A stretch of 64,000 nt of DNA from Octopus vulgaris (GCA_951406725.2 OX597818.1:144460001-144524000); one strand, 5' to 3'; counted from the stretch's first letter, positions 1 through 13,341 are shown. Program-made: numbers and translations. Notes: generated by a model not told the origin, from the sequence alone.

Positions 1-105
1 TTGGAACTTTAATGTGTCCATGTCCAAGGAAGCAAGACGTTCAGCATGTGGTAGATGCCTGATGGCAGGTATTTGTCTGGTTGCAGGTTTCTGAACAGTT
101 TCCAT

Positions 106-183
106 CAGACTGGTGATGCCCAGCAAGATAGGGGTTCCAGACTGGTGATGCCCAGTAAGATAGGGGTTCCAGACTGGTGATGC
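106..183. repeat. 32-bp tandem repeat, ~2.4 copies
   Basis: Unit CAGACTGGTGATGCCCAG(C/T)AAGATAGGGGTTC starts at 106 and 138, with a partial copy at 170. Confidence 0.9.
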
Positions 184-494
184 AAACTCTAATACTTCAA
201 TAATTACAAATATGCAGCTCCACCCAAGATGTATGTACGGCTGTATGGCTAAGATGTTTGATTGGTAACCACTTGGTTTCTGGTTCGATCCTACTGCATG
301 GTATCTTTAGTAAGTGTCTTCTGCTACGGCCTTTGGTCATCTCACCAGTGTCTTCTGAGAGAAGTCTTGCTAGTCACCTCATTATTACTGTTTTAACAGT
401 AATAATACTTCATATATTTATTTTTTTATAAACAGATATGTGTATACATATATAAATACATATGTATATACATACATATGTATGTATATGTTGT

Positions 495-540
<46 letters not shown>

Positions 541-689
541 GAGAGAGAGAGAAAGAGATAGAGATAGATAGATACAGATAGACAAACAGATACACACATG
601 TATACATCTATACATATATTTATATATGTATTTGTGTGTGTGTGTGCATGTTTGTATGCATGCATATATGACTGTTCATCTATCAAGAA

Positions 690-1047
690 CCATGTAGTTA
701 TCTTTGGGTGGTCAGGTCATGTGAGTGCTCAGAGGACTAGTTCGTCCAATCGGTGCATGGAAGTGTGCATCAAACACAGTCTGCTTCCATTCTTCATGGT
801 TGAGGTTAAAGCCTTCAGTGAAACTTTTAGACCATTTTGGTAGCACTTTTCTCGGCCAACTCAGAAGCTTTTACTTTGCTGCTTTTCATCATAGAACAGT
901 TTCTTCGAGATCTGGTGATGTAAACTAGGTGACCTGGCCAGTGCAGCTGTAACTGCATCAGAATCATATAGATACTAGGCATTTCAGCATGAATCCTCTG
1001 TATCAGAAATCTTGCCCTATCATTTAATGTGCCAAGACTTTTTCCTA
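690..1047 (-). mobile_element. RTE-clade LINE 3' fragment (decayed)
   Basis: Minus-strand translation MPSIYMILMQLQLHWPGHL, then LKVSLKAF in another frame, resembles the RTE/BovB ORF2 C-terminus (QLRWAGH motif). Confidence 0.7.
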
Positions 1048-1088
1048 TGTAGTTGATGTGTATGTGTGTGTGTGTGTGTGTGTGTATA

Positions 1089-1140
<52 letters not shown>

Positions 1141-1143
<3 letters not shown>

Positions 1144-3100
1144 TTTTGGTTGTAAATCCTTCTTTAATTTAGGATGCCTGAGTTCGTAGATGTTGAGTTG
1201 TAGGGCACGTTGAAAGCATATGTCAATTAGTGAAGGTGGGTAGTTCCTGGTGATGAGCGTATCCTTTAGTTCATGTAATCCTGGGTCCCTGGTGCTTGCA
1301 TTAGAAACTATAGTACATATCCTTTTTGCTAGGTTGAAGGGTATATTCATTCTGGTGTGTCTGGGGTGGCATGAGTTGAATGGCAGATATTGCTTGGAGT
1401 CCGTGGGTTTATAGTATATACCTGTTTCTATTACGTTGTTAGATTTCTTGATGAGGATGTCAAGGAAGGGAAGTTATTGATGGCTATATTCCATTGTGAA
1501 TTGAATGTTTACATCAAGTCCATTTATAAGCGCTTGAAATTCTTTAAGTCTCTATATTTTCATGCCAAAGAATAAAACAGTCATCCAGGTATCTCTTCCA
1601 GTTATTTTCTATGTAGAGGGAGAATGGGCTACCCTATTTTTCTGGAACCTTATGATAAAGACTAATTTCTAGATATCCCACGACTAGGTTAGCAAATGAG
1701 GGGGCCATTCTTGTACCCATTGCAGTCTCCGATTTTTGTCGGTAGAAGTTGTCTTTGAAGACAAAGTAGTTATTCTCCAAGATAAATTTTAACCCTTCTA
1801 TCACAAATTCTTTTTTGATGCGATGTGGGAGTTCATTGGTGTAATTCTTTAACCAGAATTGAATTGCCTCTATTCCTAGGTTGTAGGGGATATTGGAATA
1901 CAGGTTGACTACATCGAAGGGTACTAGTAGGGTGATTTTGTTTATTGTTTCAGGAAGGTGATTGAGCATATCCAGGTCATCCCTTATGTAGCTTTTGACA
2001 TGTTTGAGGAATGGCTTGAAGAGAGTATCTAAAAAGTTACTGAGGCGGTGGGTTTCGCATGCAGGACTTGCTATTATAGGTCTCAATTTGAGGGACTTTG
2101 ATTATTATGTCTGTGGCTATCCTGTATGCGTTACTTATTTTCTCACTTTTGTGTATCTTGGGAATACCATAGATTTGACTGGATTTACTTATGAAATTGG
2201 TCATATAGTCATATTCCTTGTCAGTGAGCCCTTCTGCTGACTGTAGGTTTGGGCCTTTTCATAATATGTTGTGTCTTCTAATATGGATAGTACTAGAGTT
2301 ATATAGTATACCGTGTCAATTAAGACAACTGCACTCCCTTTATCAGCTTCTTTGATTGTTATTGTTTTGTCATCTTTTAATTTGTTCAGCTCAGCCCATT
2401 CTTTTTCGCTGAAATTTGGTTTGTGTTTTTGTTTGTGCATATGTTGATATGGGTAATTTGAGATGTATTCACAGAAATGATCAAGAGTTTTGTTCTTACC
2501 TTTTGAGGGGGTGTAGTTACTTTTTATTTCAGACCAATGATTCATCCTCATTGTATTTGTCGTATTGCTCCTCAGCAAGTTGTAATTTTCTACAGAATTC
2601 CGTGATGTCCTCTTTCATTTCATTGTTGTTGGGGGCCTTGTGGGTTGGGTGTAAACTCGAGCCCTTTGGAAAGTATATTGATTTGGTTTGCTGTTAGTTC
2701 TTTGTGAGTTAGATTGATAATTTTTATCACTTTTGGTTCCTCCTGTCTGTTTGGTGCAATCTCGTGTCTCTGTGTTTGCGTATTGGGTCTAAAAAGTGAT
2801 TGCGGTGGTTGGGACAGTAGCTGTTATGTAGTTGTTCTTTATTGTTGTGGGGTGTTGTGTTGTGATTTATGATGTGGGTTCTTGGAATGATATTGAAAGG
2901 TGTGTCTTGATATCCCATGTTTGGATGTGGTGTTCTAGGGGGCTGTCATTGGTAATTATTGCGTGTGGTACAGGTTTGTTGTGCATGGTTGTTTAGTAGA
3001 TTGCTGGAACGAAAAATTCGTTGGTAACTCTTTATGGCGAGGAGGAGGTTGCTATGTCTATCTTGCGGGTAGTGCTGTTTGAAGTTGGAGTACTCCTGAT
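1141..3100 (-). mobile_element. Penelope-like retroelement, frameshifted RT; GIY-YIG end absent (stops at a microsatellite)
   Basis: ORF pieces ITIKEADKGSAVV (2201-2578), RPIIA...FDVVNLYSNIP...TAMGTRMAPSFANL (1634-2086), WKRYLDD near 1580-1601 and NIPFNLAKRICTIVS...NYPPSLI (1045-1350) are characteristic of Penelope RT. Confidence 0.9.
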
Positions 3101-3200
3101 ATTGTGTATATATATATATAATATCGGGAGTACTCCAACTTAACAGAGAAAAGAAAAATCACTACCCACTATCTGCAAGATAGACATAGCAACCTCCCCC
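3040..3200. repeat. Imperfect inverted repeat around (TA)n at the 5' end of the Penelope element
   Basis: GGAGGTTGCTATGTCTATCTTGC...AAGTTGGAGTACTCCTGATATT mirrored by AATATCGGGAGTACTCCAACTT...GCAAGATAGACATAGCAACCTCC. Confidence 0.85.
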
Positions 3201-3204
3201 ACCC

Positions 3205-3297
3205 CTGAGGCTATAGTAGAAGACACTTGCCCAAGGTGCCACGCAGTGGGAATGAACCCGGAACCATGTAGTTAGTAAGCAAGCTACTTACCACACA
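3205..3297 (-). mobile_element. tRNA-derived SINE fragment
   Basis: Reverse complement matches the head of the SINE at 20083 (GTGTGGTAAGTAGCTTGCTTAC...GGCACCTTGGGCAAGTGTCTTCTACTATAGCC). Confidence 0.8.
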
Positions 3298-4095
3298 ATC
3301 ACAACAATATTATAAATGCATTTCAGCTAATTTTACTAACTGGTTTCATACACAAGAATTTGAGAAAACCATTCTTGGCACTTATCAGAAGGGCTCTTTA
3401 CCACTGGAGGCCAGAAAGTCCCATATTTTGGTTGTAACATGTCGTTTGCATTGTGATGAAATTAAAAAGGGCCAACATAGTGTATGAGGTAAATGCCTGT
3501 AGAGAAGAAGTGGGGATGGTCTAAGGCTGGAACAGGGTTGAAGTATGGAGAGGCAGAGAATCAGGAAGTGGGTAGAGCAGAGAGGGTTAATCTTAAAATC
3601 ATGTGTAGACAAGTATGTGTGTGTATGTGTGTGTATGTGTGTGTATGTGTGTGTATGTGCATGCGTTTGCATGCGTTTGCATGCATGTAATAAAGCTGGG
3701 AGTGGCAATCAATATGTCAAAGAGTTTTGATTACTGGGAGATCACTTCATGAATATAACCCATAGAATGTATATGTGGCCAGCGGTAGTGGCACTAACCA
3801 TCCACCACTATCTTTACCCATCCCAGTTTAATATTCATAACAACCATTCTTTCCCCTTAAAGGCAGTAACTATCTACTACTATCTCCTCCACTCTTTCTT
3901 CCTCCTCTCCTTTCCATCATTCCTGAAAATATATAATTCCCAAATACCTGACCTCATCCTTTCCTTTTCTTACTTCTCAGCAGGTTTATTCCTTCAAACA
4001 TTTGTTTTTTATTCTCTTCTTTTAGCTTCACCACTCATTTTAACTCACATCTGCAAAGAGTTAACTTGGGAATCCCAAATTCTTGTAATTAAGGC

Positions 4096-4190
4096 ATTCT
4101 CAGCCTGATGAATAGCTTAGCTGAGTACACCTTGTTGAGTAACTCTTACGCCAGAGGATGAGCTAGCTAAGAAACATATGTAGCCAGAAT
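4096..4190 (+). ncRNA. Candidate type I hammerhead ribozyme (Penelope-type, palindromic stem III)
   Basis: ATTCTCAGC-CTGATGA(4105-4111)-A-TAGCTTAGCT...AGCTAGCTA-A-GAAAC-ATAT-GTA(4180-4182)-GCCAGAAT. Core intact, stem II present, stem III ACATATGT self-complementary, stem I imperfect. Confidence 0.7.
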
Positions 4191-4731
4191 TTTACCCATT
4201 CCACTCCCTCAATCTGGAGTTTTGCTTGCATTCATAGCAACCTTCGTTGCTAACTGTGAGCTATACAGAAACTTTCAGCTTATTGAATTTCCTCATAACT
4301 TCAATATGGGAAAAAGTGTGTAAATTTGATGCCAATAAATTGTTAATGTTCCTGACTGTATACTGTCTACTTCTTTTTTTTCTATACCTACCATGGACTG
4401 GTTGAAGCTTACAAACTTCCTAAACTCGCATCTCTGGATCTTACTCTTATATATATGTATATATAAGTGCGTGTGTTTGTGTCACCTTGTATTGACATCG
4501 CATGATAGTTGTAATTGAATGTTACTGTTATTCAAACAGTGTCATTCATTTTCAATATTCTGTAAGATCTTGTCTGGCAATAGGGAAATATTACCTTGTT
4601 TGAAGACAGGTGAGAGTTGGTGACAGTAAGGTCATCCACCAAAGGAAAACTGCCTCAGATAAACTCCATTCAACCAATGCAAGCATGGAAAAGTAGATGT
4701 TGAATGACGATAATAAAGATGATAATATAAG

Positions 4732-5602
4732 AAGTGTGGTGAATATATTGTCATCTAAATTACACGAAAATGAAAATAACACCTTAACAGATATATTTAG
4801 CAAAATTGATTAAAAATATCATGAAATACTGAAGAGTAAATTTATTCAATAAAATTGCCATTGGCTTCAACTAAAGCCTCCAGACGACTTTGGAATCTCC
4901 AAAATTTCTGGATGGTCTCCTTGTTTAAGTTGTTGAATGTTACCATAATCCTTGCCTTCAGTTTATCTTTGGTGTTACTAGGAGTTTTGTTGGTCTCTTG
5001 CTCAACTGTGCTCGACACATAATAATCAAAGGGTTTGCTGTCTGAGGAGTTAGGTGACCAGATGTTAGGGGTGATGTGGTCGCAGAAATTGTCCGACAGC
5101 CATGACTGGGTACTGCTGCTTGTGTGGCATGGTGCAGAGTTCTGTTGCCAGACATAAGGTATTCTAGCAACCACCTTCTTGAACCAGGGCAGCACTACCT
5201 CTTCCAGGTACTTGATGTTGGCCTCTGTGTTGAGTCTGAGGCCATGTGGGAAGATGAATGGAGGCATAACGTCACCATCACTAGTGATCACTCCAAATAC
5301 CATGATGTTGACTGGATGTTTGATTTTTATCACTCTCAGTACATGTTTTGGGGACCCAGCAAGCCAACAGTTGTTCTGTGTGTTCGCTGTCTGTTTGTAT
5401 TGGAGTTTCTGGTGCAAATGCCAAGCAGCACAGCATGTCGTTTCCAAATTTCTGGCAGAGTGAATTGTGTCATGGTGCTGCTTTTTTCACAGACTGTGCC
5501 CTGCTGACCCTACTATACTGTGCAGTCGACAAAATCAAAAAACAAACAATGCGCAGGCACAAAATCAAAAATAAAACACGATGACAATTTATCCATTGCA
5601 CC

Positions 5603-5606
<4 letters not shown>
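4732..5606 (-). mobile_element. Tc1/mariner superfamily relic (DD37D/maT-like), internally deleted
   Basis: ORF 4842-5447 has IMVFGVITSDG, VWQQNSAPCH, WSPNSSDSKPFDYYV and LVEANGNFIE. Right TIR reads (TA)CAGGGTGCAATGGATAAATTGTCA on minus; decayed left TIR GTGTGGTGAATATATTGTCA. Confidence 0.8.
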
Positions 5607-5640
<34 letters not shown>

Positions 5641-5703
5641 ACGTATATATATGTGATAGGAATGCTTGTTTGTAACTATTGTATTACTATCTAGTTTATA
5701 ACT

Positions 5704-5767
5704 ATCTTCTTCTTCTTCTTCTTCTTCTTCTTCTTCTTCTTCTTCTTCTTCTTCTTCTTCTTCTTCT

Positions 5768-5805
<38 letters not shown>
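5704..5805. repeat. (CTT)n(CTG)n compound microsatellite
   Basis: Seen directly. Confidence 0.95.
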
Positions 5806-5806
<1 letters not shown>

Positions 5807-6056
5807 GTGCCTCCTTACCTCTCCTGCCCTCAACTCATACATCATTGGACATCCCCCCCCCACCCAGTTCACTAAATCCACCCTTCAGTCCTACCAAATC
5901 TTTACAGTTGTTTTCTACACCTCCCCCCACCTCACCAATTCTCATTCAACCATAAAAACCATGCCAAAGCAAACACTGGAGCATGACGCAGTCCTTGAAT
6001 CTACCAGATCCTATCAAGCCATCCAAACCATGCCAGTATGGCACACGTACATTAAA

Positions 6057-6066
6057 TGATGACAAC

Positions 6067-6128
<62 letters not shown>

Positions 6129-6155
6129 CGATGATGATGATGATGATGATGATGA
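6057..6155. repeat. (GAT)n microsatellite, tail of an RTE-type 3' end
   Basis: Preceded by CCATGCCAGTATGG...ACATTAAAT, a tail motif shared with other copies. Confidence 0.85.
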
Positions 6156-6304
6156 TATGTCTTTGTTGACTGACTGAACACAAAAAAAGCACGAAATGAA
6201 TTATCAAGAAGTAAATTAGCTTTGCATGAGTAAAAAGAATTCCTTAATACATATTAACTATTTTTCTCCTATTTTGTATACCACATACCCACACATACAC
6301 ATAT

Positions 6305-6352
<48 letters not shown>

Positions 6353-7207
6353 CTAATCTATTTATTTAGTTGAGTTATAGAAAAGTTTTAATAACTGCCT
6401 GGCTGAGAAAGTGGAAAACTGATATATTTTGTAGATTTGAAATATTCATAATAATTGTAAAGAAACGAATACAGGACTCAGTAAATGAAGTATGATATCA
6501 TGTTGTTCCAGAAAATTGGTTAAAGAGGTCAGGGATGGAGAAACGGTTCTTTCATTTGTTGAGACTTTGATAGCCTTGTGAATAACAATGACAATAACCA
6601 AGGTTATTTCGCATGATGTAAACAAGTCGATAAACAGAATGATGGTGGTGGCAGTGTTGGTAGTGGTGGTGGTGGTGATGATAATGATATTGGTGCTAGT
6701 AGTGCTGGTGATGGTGAAGATGGTGGTGATGGTGATGCTGCTGTTAATGATGATGGTGATGATGATGATGATCTTGATGAAGATGACGGTGGAATAGTAA
6801 TAGTGGAAGAGATGGAGGAAATGGTAGTGGTGGTGGTGGTGACATCCATATGCATATGCTATTAAGCTGATCATTACCGTCACTAAATGTTATATAATAT
6901 TTGTCTACAGCCAGCAAAACATTTGTAATTTTCTTGAAAATGCATATCAAACTTTGATAGCTGTAATCTTAAGGTTAAAAGTGTACTGAAATAAAGGCCC
7001 TAAACCCCACCACATACATACTTGACGTTTATAACATCGACATCACTAAACAACATAGATCTTATCACGTACTAACATTGCTGAAGAGAAAATTTGGAGT
7101 CAAGAAGGGCCATAATTTCAGATGATGAGAATATTAAGTTTATGGCCATGCCAACATGGACAATAGACATTAAATGATGGTTAAATATATATATATATAC
7201 ATATATA

Positions 7208-7700
7208 TCATCATCATCATCATCATCATCATCATCGTTTAACGTCTGCCTTCCATGCTAGCATGGGTTGGACGATTTTGACTGAGGGCTGGCGAACCAG
7301 ATAGTTGCACCAGTATCCAATCTTGATTTGGCAGAGTTTCTACAGCTGGATGCCCTTCCTAACGCCAACCACTCCGAGAGTGTAGTGGGTGCTTTTTACA
7401 TGCCACCGGCATGGGGGCCAGTCAGACGGTACTGGCAACAACCTCGCTCGAATCCTTTTACACATGCCACCAGCACAGGTGCCAGTAAGGCGACGTTGGT
7501 AATGATCACGCTCGAATGGTGCCCTTTTACGTGCCACTGGCATGGAAGCCAGTTGGCTGCTCTGGCAATGATCACACTCGGATGGTGCTCTTGTTACCCT
7601 ACTAGCACAGGCACAAGTGCCAGTAAGGCAATGCTGGTAACGATCACGCTCGAATGGTGCCCTTTAAATGCCACTGGCACAGAAGCCGGATTTGCCGCTC
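7208..7700 (-). mobile_element. RTE-related 3' tail / SINE with internal ~60-bp tandem subrepeats
   Basis: (CAT)n-CGTTTAACGTC...TTCCATGCTAGCATGGGTTGGACG followed by repeated GCCAC..GGCAC...ATCACGCTCGAATGGTG units. Relatives at 14.5, 14.9, 25.1 and 57.5 kb. Confidence 0.8.
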
Positions 7701-8694
7701 TGTCAATAAATATATATATATATACATACATATATATAAACACACACACACAGGTGAATGTGTGTGTGTTTGTGTGTGTGTGTAAGACAGGCATCTGTGC
7801 AGTTTTTTCACCCACATTTTACTTACAATATAATTGGTCACCCTAAGGTTACATTATTGGACACTTACCTAAAGTATCACAAGTGGGATCAAATCTGGAA
7901 TCATGTATTTGTGGAGCAAACTCCTTAAACCCCATCATATGTGATAACAATGATTACAGAAGTGTAGCATCTGTAACTCTGTTGTAGAAAGCTGTATTGA
8001 TCATGGATACTTAACAATGTCACTGATAAGATATGTACTGCCAATTACCAACTTCTTCACTTGTTGCTTGATACCCTGTTAATTTGACTTGGTTCCCCTA
8101 AAGCTCTAAATAAATAGAAACCAGGTTTAATGATTCCAAATGTTTTCAACACTAGGAATAAATACAGAAGGTTTATATGTGGCTAATATTCAGAAAGAAA
8201 AAGAAAAAGATAATTGAATGTTTGGAATGATAAGAGTCAATAATTTTCCAGTTGGCAGTGATGCAAGAGTTTAGGGTGTTTACGTGGCATTAATCAAAGG
8301 AGAAAGAAATTTGTCCCTTGATATAACTCATGACTATAGCTGACATTTTTCTCAACCCAAGAGATCAAATTTAATGCAAATCAACAAATCACTCCACAGT
8401 GCTGCCCTGCCTTCAGCCATGACTTCTGTCTGGCAGCTATTCAAAGCTAGGCACAGCATCAGTAATAAGATACCCTCTGTCTCTTGGCTGGGACACTCAC
8501 TATTGACATGACTGCCTACGCTCACTCTGGACTAAATGCCTTTCAGTATTTACTTTCTTTGAGGGAGGTGGATTAATAGAAACATTACAGTGTCAAACTA
8601 AATACTTTTCCTTTCTCAGCTTAAATCTCATTGATGTCAGCTTTCTATTTCCTCTGTTTGTAGTTGATAAAATAAAGCAGCTGTCATATCTTTC

Positions 8695-8833
8695 GATTGG
8701 GTTCAGTCCCACTGCATGACACCTTGGACAAGTCACTTGGACAAGTGACTTCTACTACAGCCGTGAGCACTGATCAAAGCCTAGTGAGTGGATTTGGGAG
8801 ATGGAAAGTATAAGACGCCCATCATGTGTGTGC

Positions 8834-8869
<36 letters not shown>

Positions 8870-9110
8870 GTGTGTATGTGTGTGTGTGTGCGCGCGCGTG
8901 TGTGCGTGTGTGTATGTGTGTCCACAAGCATCACTTGACAACCAGTATTGGTGTGTTTATGTCCCTCTAACTTAGCAGTTCAGCAAAAGAGACCAATAAA
9001 ATAAGTATCAGACTTTTAAAAAATAAGTTCTGAGGTCAATTTGTTTGATTAAAGTTCTTTAAGGTAATGCCCCAGCATGGGTGTGGTCTAATGATTGAAA
9101 TGAGTAATAG
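8695..9110 (+). mobile_element. tRNA/CORE-type SINE with internal (TG)n
   Basis: Collinear with the 20083-20535 copy. Confidence 0.75.
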
Positions 9111-11577
9111 ACACCTTTTTCTTTACAACTGTTTTCTGTACTTGTACTATAGCTTCTATAATCTTCACACCCATATTTTAGGTTCAAATCTGACCAGGAT
9201 TCATATTTTCATTCACAGCTTAAAAAAACTTATTTCACAATAAATTACTGACTGTCAAGTTGCTTTCAAGATGCCAGTTATTCGATCAACTGTTCAACCT
9301 GCGGAATTAGTGTATGAAGTGGTTGAGTTACTTTCAGCTGGAACAAGCTTGACACAGATATCACAGATCTTTGTATTACAAGTACCATCCATCCAACAGG
9401 CCTCATTATGGTTTCCACCTACCCAAATTCACTTACATTTGGGATAACCCAAAACAATGGTAAATAGACTTGCCCAAGATGCCACGCAAAGCAGATCAAA
9501 CCAAAGACTTTGTAGTGTGATGGAGTAAAAAGACAAGAGAAAAAGAAGCAAAAAGGAGAAAGAAATACAGAGACGTTACCTGTTGACCGAGGTGGGATGA
9601 GTGATCACTGTCAAGAAAAAACACGTCCTTGCATGCTACCATCTCTCATTGAACTGCCCTGTGTGCTTTCTGCCCACGCATGCCCCCGTGACTCTTCCGC
9701 TGGCCCCTGCCGTCTTCACTTCTGTTTACCTCATCTGCAATACTCTCCACCAACACCACATAGATCATCACAGCCCATAACACCACAAACACTACAGACC
9801 TCATGGCTGCAAAGTGAATTTTTTAATCATTCAACAATGGAAATTTGCATATCATCCTTGTACAAATACTCGAGTTGATTCAATTGAGTAGTACTGTCTC
9901 CAACAAATTTACAGTCTTGTGCCAGTGTAACAAATCAAAGTTGAAGGCAAAATCTCACTGAGGTCAACTTTGTCTCTCATCCTTCTGGGGTTGATAAAAT
10001 AAGTACCAGTTAGGTACTAGGGTCAATTAACATGGTGCACTCTCTTCTCCAAATTTGTTGTTTGGATGGAGTGTAAGAAATCAATATTATAGTGAAAAAC
10101 ATATACTAAAAACAAAATAAGACCATGTATAACCTGTTTAATCATAAATCCTTTTCATTAACTATTTTCCTAAATGTTGTTATGCATATGAATAGGCTTC
10201 CATTTAGATCTGTTATGAAACATTTTGTACTTTAGCGTCTTATTTTAATAATGCATTTATCATTCCATTATGTTGTTGTCACGATTCTTTTTATTATTCA
10301 AATCACCTCTGCATATTCAATCATGTTTGCTGCATTGCATCATACAATGTATTTTGTATTTAGGTGTTCATGATTATTTGAAGTATATTATGGCCTTGTT
10401 CCATCCTAAATCCGTTGCTGTACCCAGTGGTTTATTCAGTTCTATCTTATGAGAGAGAACAGTCAAGGAAGTTTCTGTATTTCTGAAGTTAAAGTGGTTA
10501 TTGATTAAAATGTTTATATACCTGAGATAAATTCTTACTCATGAGTAGCTGTACCTGGTCCCCCGCACCCGGGTTTATTGATACTTAAAATAAATATAAT
10601 CATAGGAACTCATAATGGGAGTCAGTCAGGCGGCACTAGCAATGACCATGCTTGAATGGTGTTGTTTATGTGCCATGGGCATGGGAGCCAGTCAGGTGGA
10701 ACTGGCAATGGCCACACTAGGATGGTGCTTTTATGTAATACAAGCAGTAAACAAAAAATAAAATAGAACAGAGTGGTGACATTTAGTAGTGATGACCCAG
10801 AAGTTGTTCTACTATCACAAACAGCAGTAGCTTTCTTCAACCGAAAACATGTCATTGATTGGTTAAAATTATCCAAATACGACAACTTTAACATGAAATA
10901 ACTTCTAAAATACAAAATTTTGTCAAAAATGTTCAAAATAAACTGTGTTCTGCATGAGAAATTACACCAGTATATGAAGTTTCAAACTGTTTAGTTAAAA
11001 GAAATTAATTAAAATATCTGTGAGCCAAACTGAACATCCCTGTAACTAGTGGTTTGGCAAAAGAAACCAATAGAATAAGTACTAGGCTTAAAAAATTAAG
11101 TCCTGGGGTTGATTTGTTGGACTAAAACCCTTCAAGGAAGTTCTCCAGTGTGACCTCAGTCAAATGACTGAAACAAATAAAAGAATAGAAGAGCTACTAA
11201 TAGATTCATGCTCTGAGACACATTAAATCGGCAGATTTAGATCACATGCCATATATTTCCAAGCAATCTTTCAGGCTCAGTTCATAATGTTAGAGGTATT
11301 TAAAAATGTGGATGTTGGTCTATGAGAAAACATGAGAAAAAAAGCAAGAAGGAAAAAAACGCAAAGAAGGTTGACATAAAAAGTGGAACAAGAAGACAGA
11401 AATGAAAAGAAAACATAGATCTTCATCCTCTATGATTGTAGAAACCATAATTAATGTAGCTGGTGCAGAATATTATAAGAGAAAGGAGGTCAAAGTTTAT
11501 GAGATAGCTACTCAATCTGGAAATGGTGGTGTCTTCCGTTCACATACACATCACGCACAAACACACACACACATTAA

Positions 11578-11638
<61 letters not shown>

Positions 11639-12286
11639 GCCTTCGCACAGTTTCTAATGCTGGAGATGTACTACGGCGTCGGCTGTTCACTACCAGTGAA
11701 CTAAGGTAACACCCTTTATTTTTCGAGCATCTTTTGGAGTATTTGAGCGGTTCCAAGCAGTGCTGTTTTCTGCAAGCGCTCCACCCTTATTGCAGCCCCT
11801 ATTTGTTCCAAGTACTTCTTGAAATTTTTGCTCACTGTTCCCAGGGCTCCGACAGTTATTGGTACTACTGCTACCTTTTTCATCACAACTGCTTAACTTC
11901 CCAAGCTAACCTGTCATATCTCTCGACTTTTCTTTCTTCCTTATCACATACCTTGTTGTCAGCTGGGAATGCTATATCTATGATCCAGCATAGTTTGTTT
12001 TCTTTCTCAATTAAGACTATGTCTGGCTTCCTATTCTCTATCTCATGGTCACACTGAATCATTAAAATCCCAAAGGATCTTTGCATTTTTATTTTTGCTG
12101 ATGCCTTCGGGTTTGTGGTCATACCAATCTTTTGCTCTGTCAAGTCCATACTCATTGCAAAGTGTCCAATGGACAAGCCTGGCTATATTGTCGTGGTGTC
12201 TCTTATATTCCTTCTGGGCTAGTGACATACATTGGCTAGTAATATGCCATACGGTTTCATGTACATTGGCTGGTAATATGCCATAC

Positions 12287-12288
<2 letters not shown>
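11639..12288 (-). mobile_element. 5'-truncated R4/Dong-like non-LTR retrotransposon (restriction-like endonuclease end) in (TAA)n
   Basis: ETVWHITSQC...YKRHHDNIARLVHW (zinc-knuckle/RHD region) and RKPDIVLIEKENKLCWIIDIAFP...KVERYDRLA (PD..D RLE motif). (ATT)n flanks both sides. Confidence 0.85.
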
Positions 12289-12357
<69 letters not shown>

Positions 12358-12394
12358 AGAGTGAGAGGGAGAGGGATGTAAATATGCATATCTT

Positions 12395-12750
12395 TTATGT
12401 ATACTTACTTGTTTCAGTCGTCAGACTACGGCCATACTGGAGCACTGCCTTGAAGAATTTTACTCAAATAAATTGACCTCAGTGCTTATTTTTTTTAAAG
12501 CTTGGTACTTATTCTATCAGTCTATTTTGCCACTAAGCTATGGGAATTTAAACACACCAACATAAAGACACACACACATACATATAGCAGGTTTCTTTCA
12601 GTTTCTGTCTATCAAATCCACTGACAAGGCTTTGGTCAGCCTGAGGCTATAGTAGAAGACACCTGCCCAAGGTACCATACAGAGAGACTGAACCCAGAAC
12701 TATGTGGTTAGAAAGTAAACTTTTTACCACACAGCTACCCCTGTGCCTAT
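12395..12750 (-). mobile_element. tRNA/CORE-type SINE
   Basis: Reverse complement of the 20083-20535 family. Confidence 0.8.
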
Positions 12751-12809
12751 ATGCACACACACATACACACAGACATGCATATATATATATATATATATAT
12801 ATGGAGAGA

Positions 12810-12851
<42 letters not shown>

Positions 12852-12861
12852 TAGCTAGCTT

Positions 12862-12903
<42 letters not shown>

Positions 12904-12956
12904 TGGACGGACGGACAGACAGACAAATAGACAGACAAGCAGACAGACAGATAGAC

Positions 12957-13006
<50 letters not shown>

Positions 13007-13023
13007 GTATATAGATAGATATA

Positions 13024-13252
13024 GGCGGCGAGCTGGCAGAAACCTTAGCACGCCGGGCGAAATGCTTTGCAGTATTTCGTCTGCCGTTACGTTCTGAGTT
13101 CAAATTCCGCCGAGGTCGACTTTGCCTTTCATCCTTTCGGGGTCGATAAATTAAAGTACCAGTTACGCACTGGGGTAGATGTAATCGACTTAATACATAT
13201 GTCTGTCCTTGTTTGTCCCCTCTATGTTTAGCCCCTTGTGGACAATAAAGAA
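13024..13252 (+). mobile_element. Young full-length tRNA-derived CORE-SINE with target-site duplication
   Basis: GGCGGCGAGCTGGCAGAA head, B-box-like GAGTTCAAATTCC, CORE-like GCCTTTCATCCTTTCGGGGTCGATAAA. ATAGGTATATAGATAGATA duplicated at 13003-13021 and 13253-13271. CpGs retained. Confidence 0.9.
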
Positions 13253-13260
13253 ATAGGTAT

Positions 13261-13341
<81 letters not shown>

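Noticed and set aside
6588-6883. His/Ile/Thr-rich or Met/Val-rich ORFs
   Set aside because: Degenerate (GAT/GGT)n low-complexity tract with no supported exon structure
7395-7690. Regularly spaced repeats resembling a CRISPR array
   Set aside because: Units are degenerate tandem subrepeats without unique spacers, belong to a dispersed RTE-tail family, and sit in eukaryotic DNA with no cas genes
13024-13115. tRNA-like A/B boxes here and at 20083
   Set aside because: SINE heads; no cloverleaf evident, and followed by CORE and tail sequences
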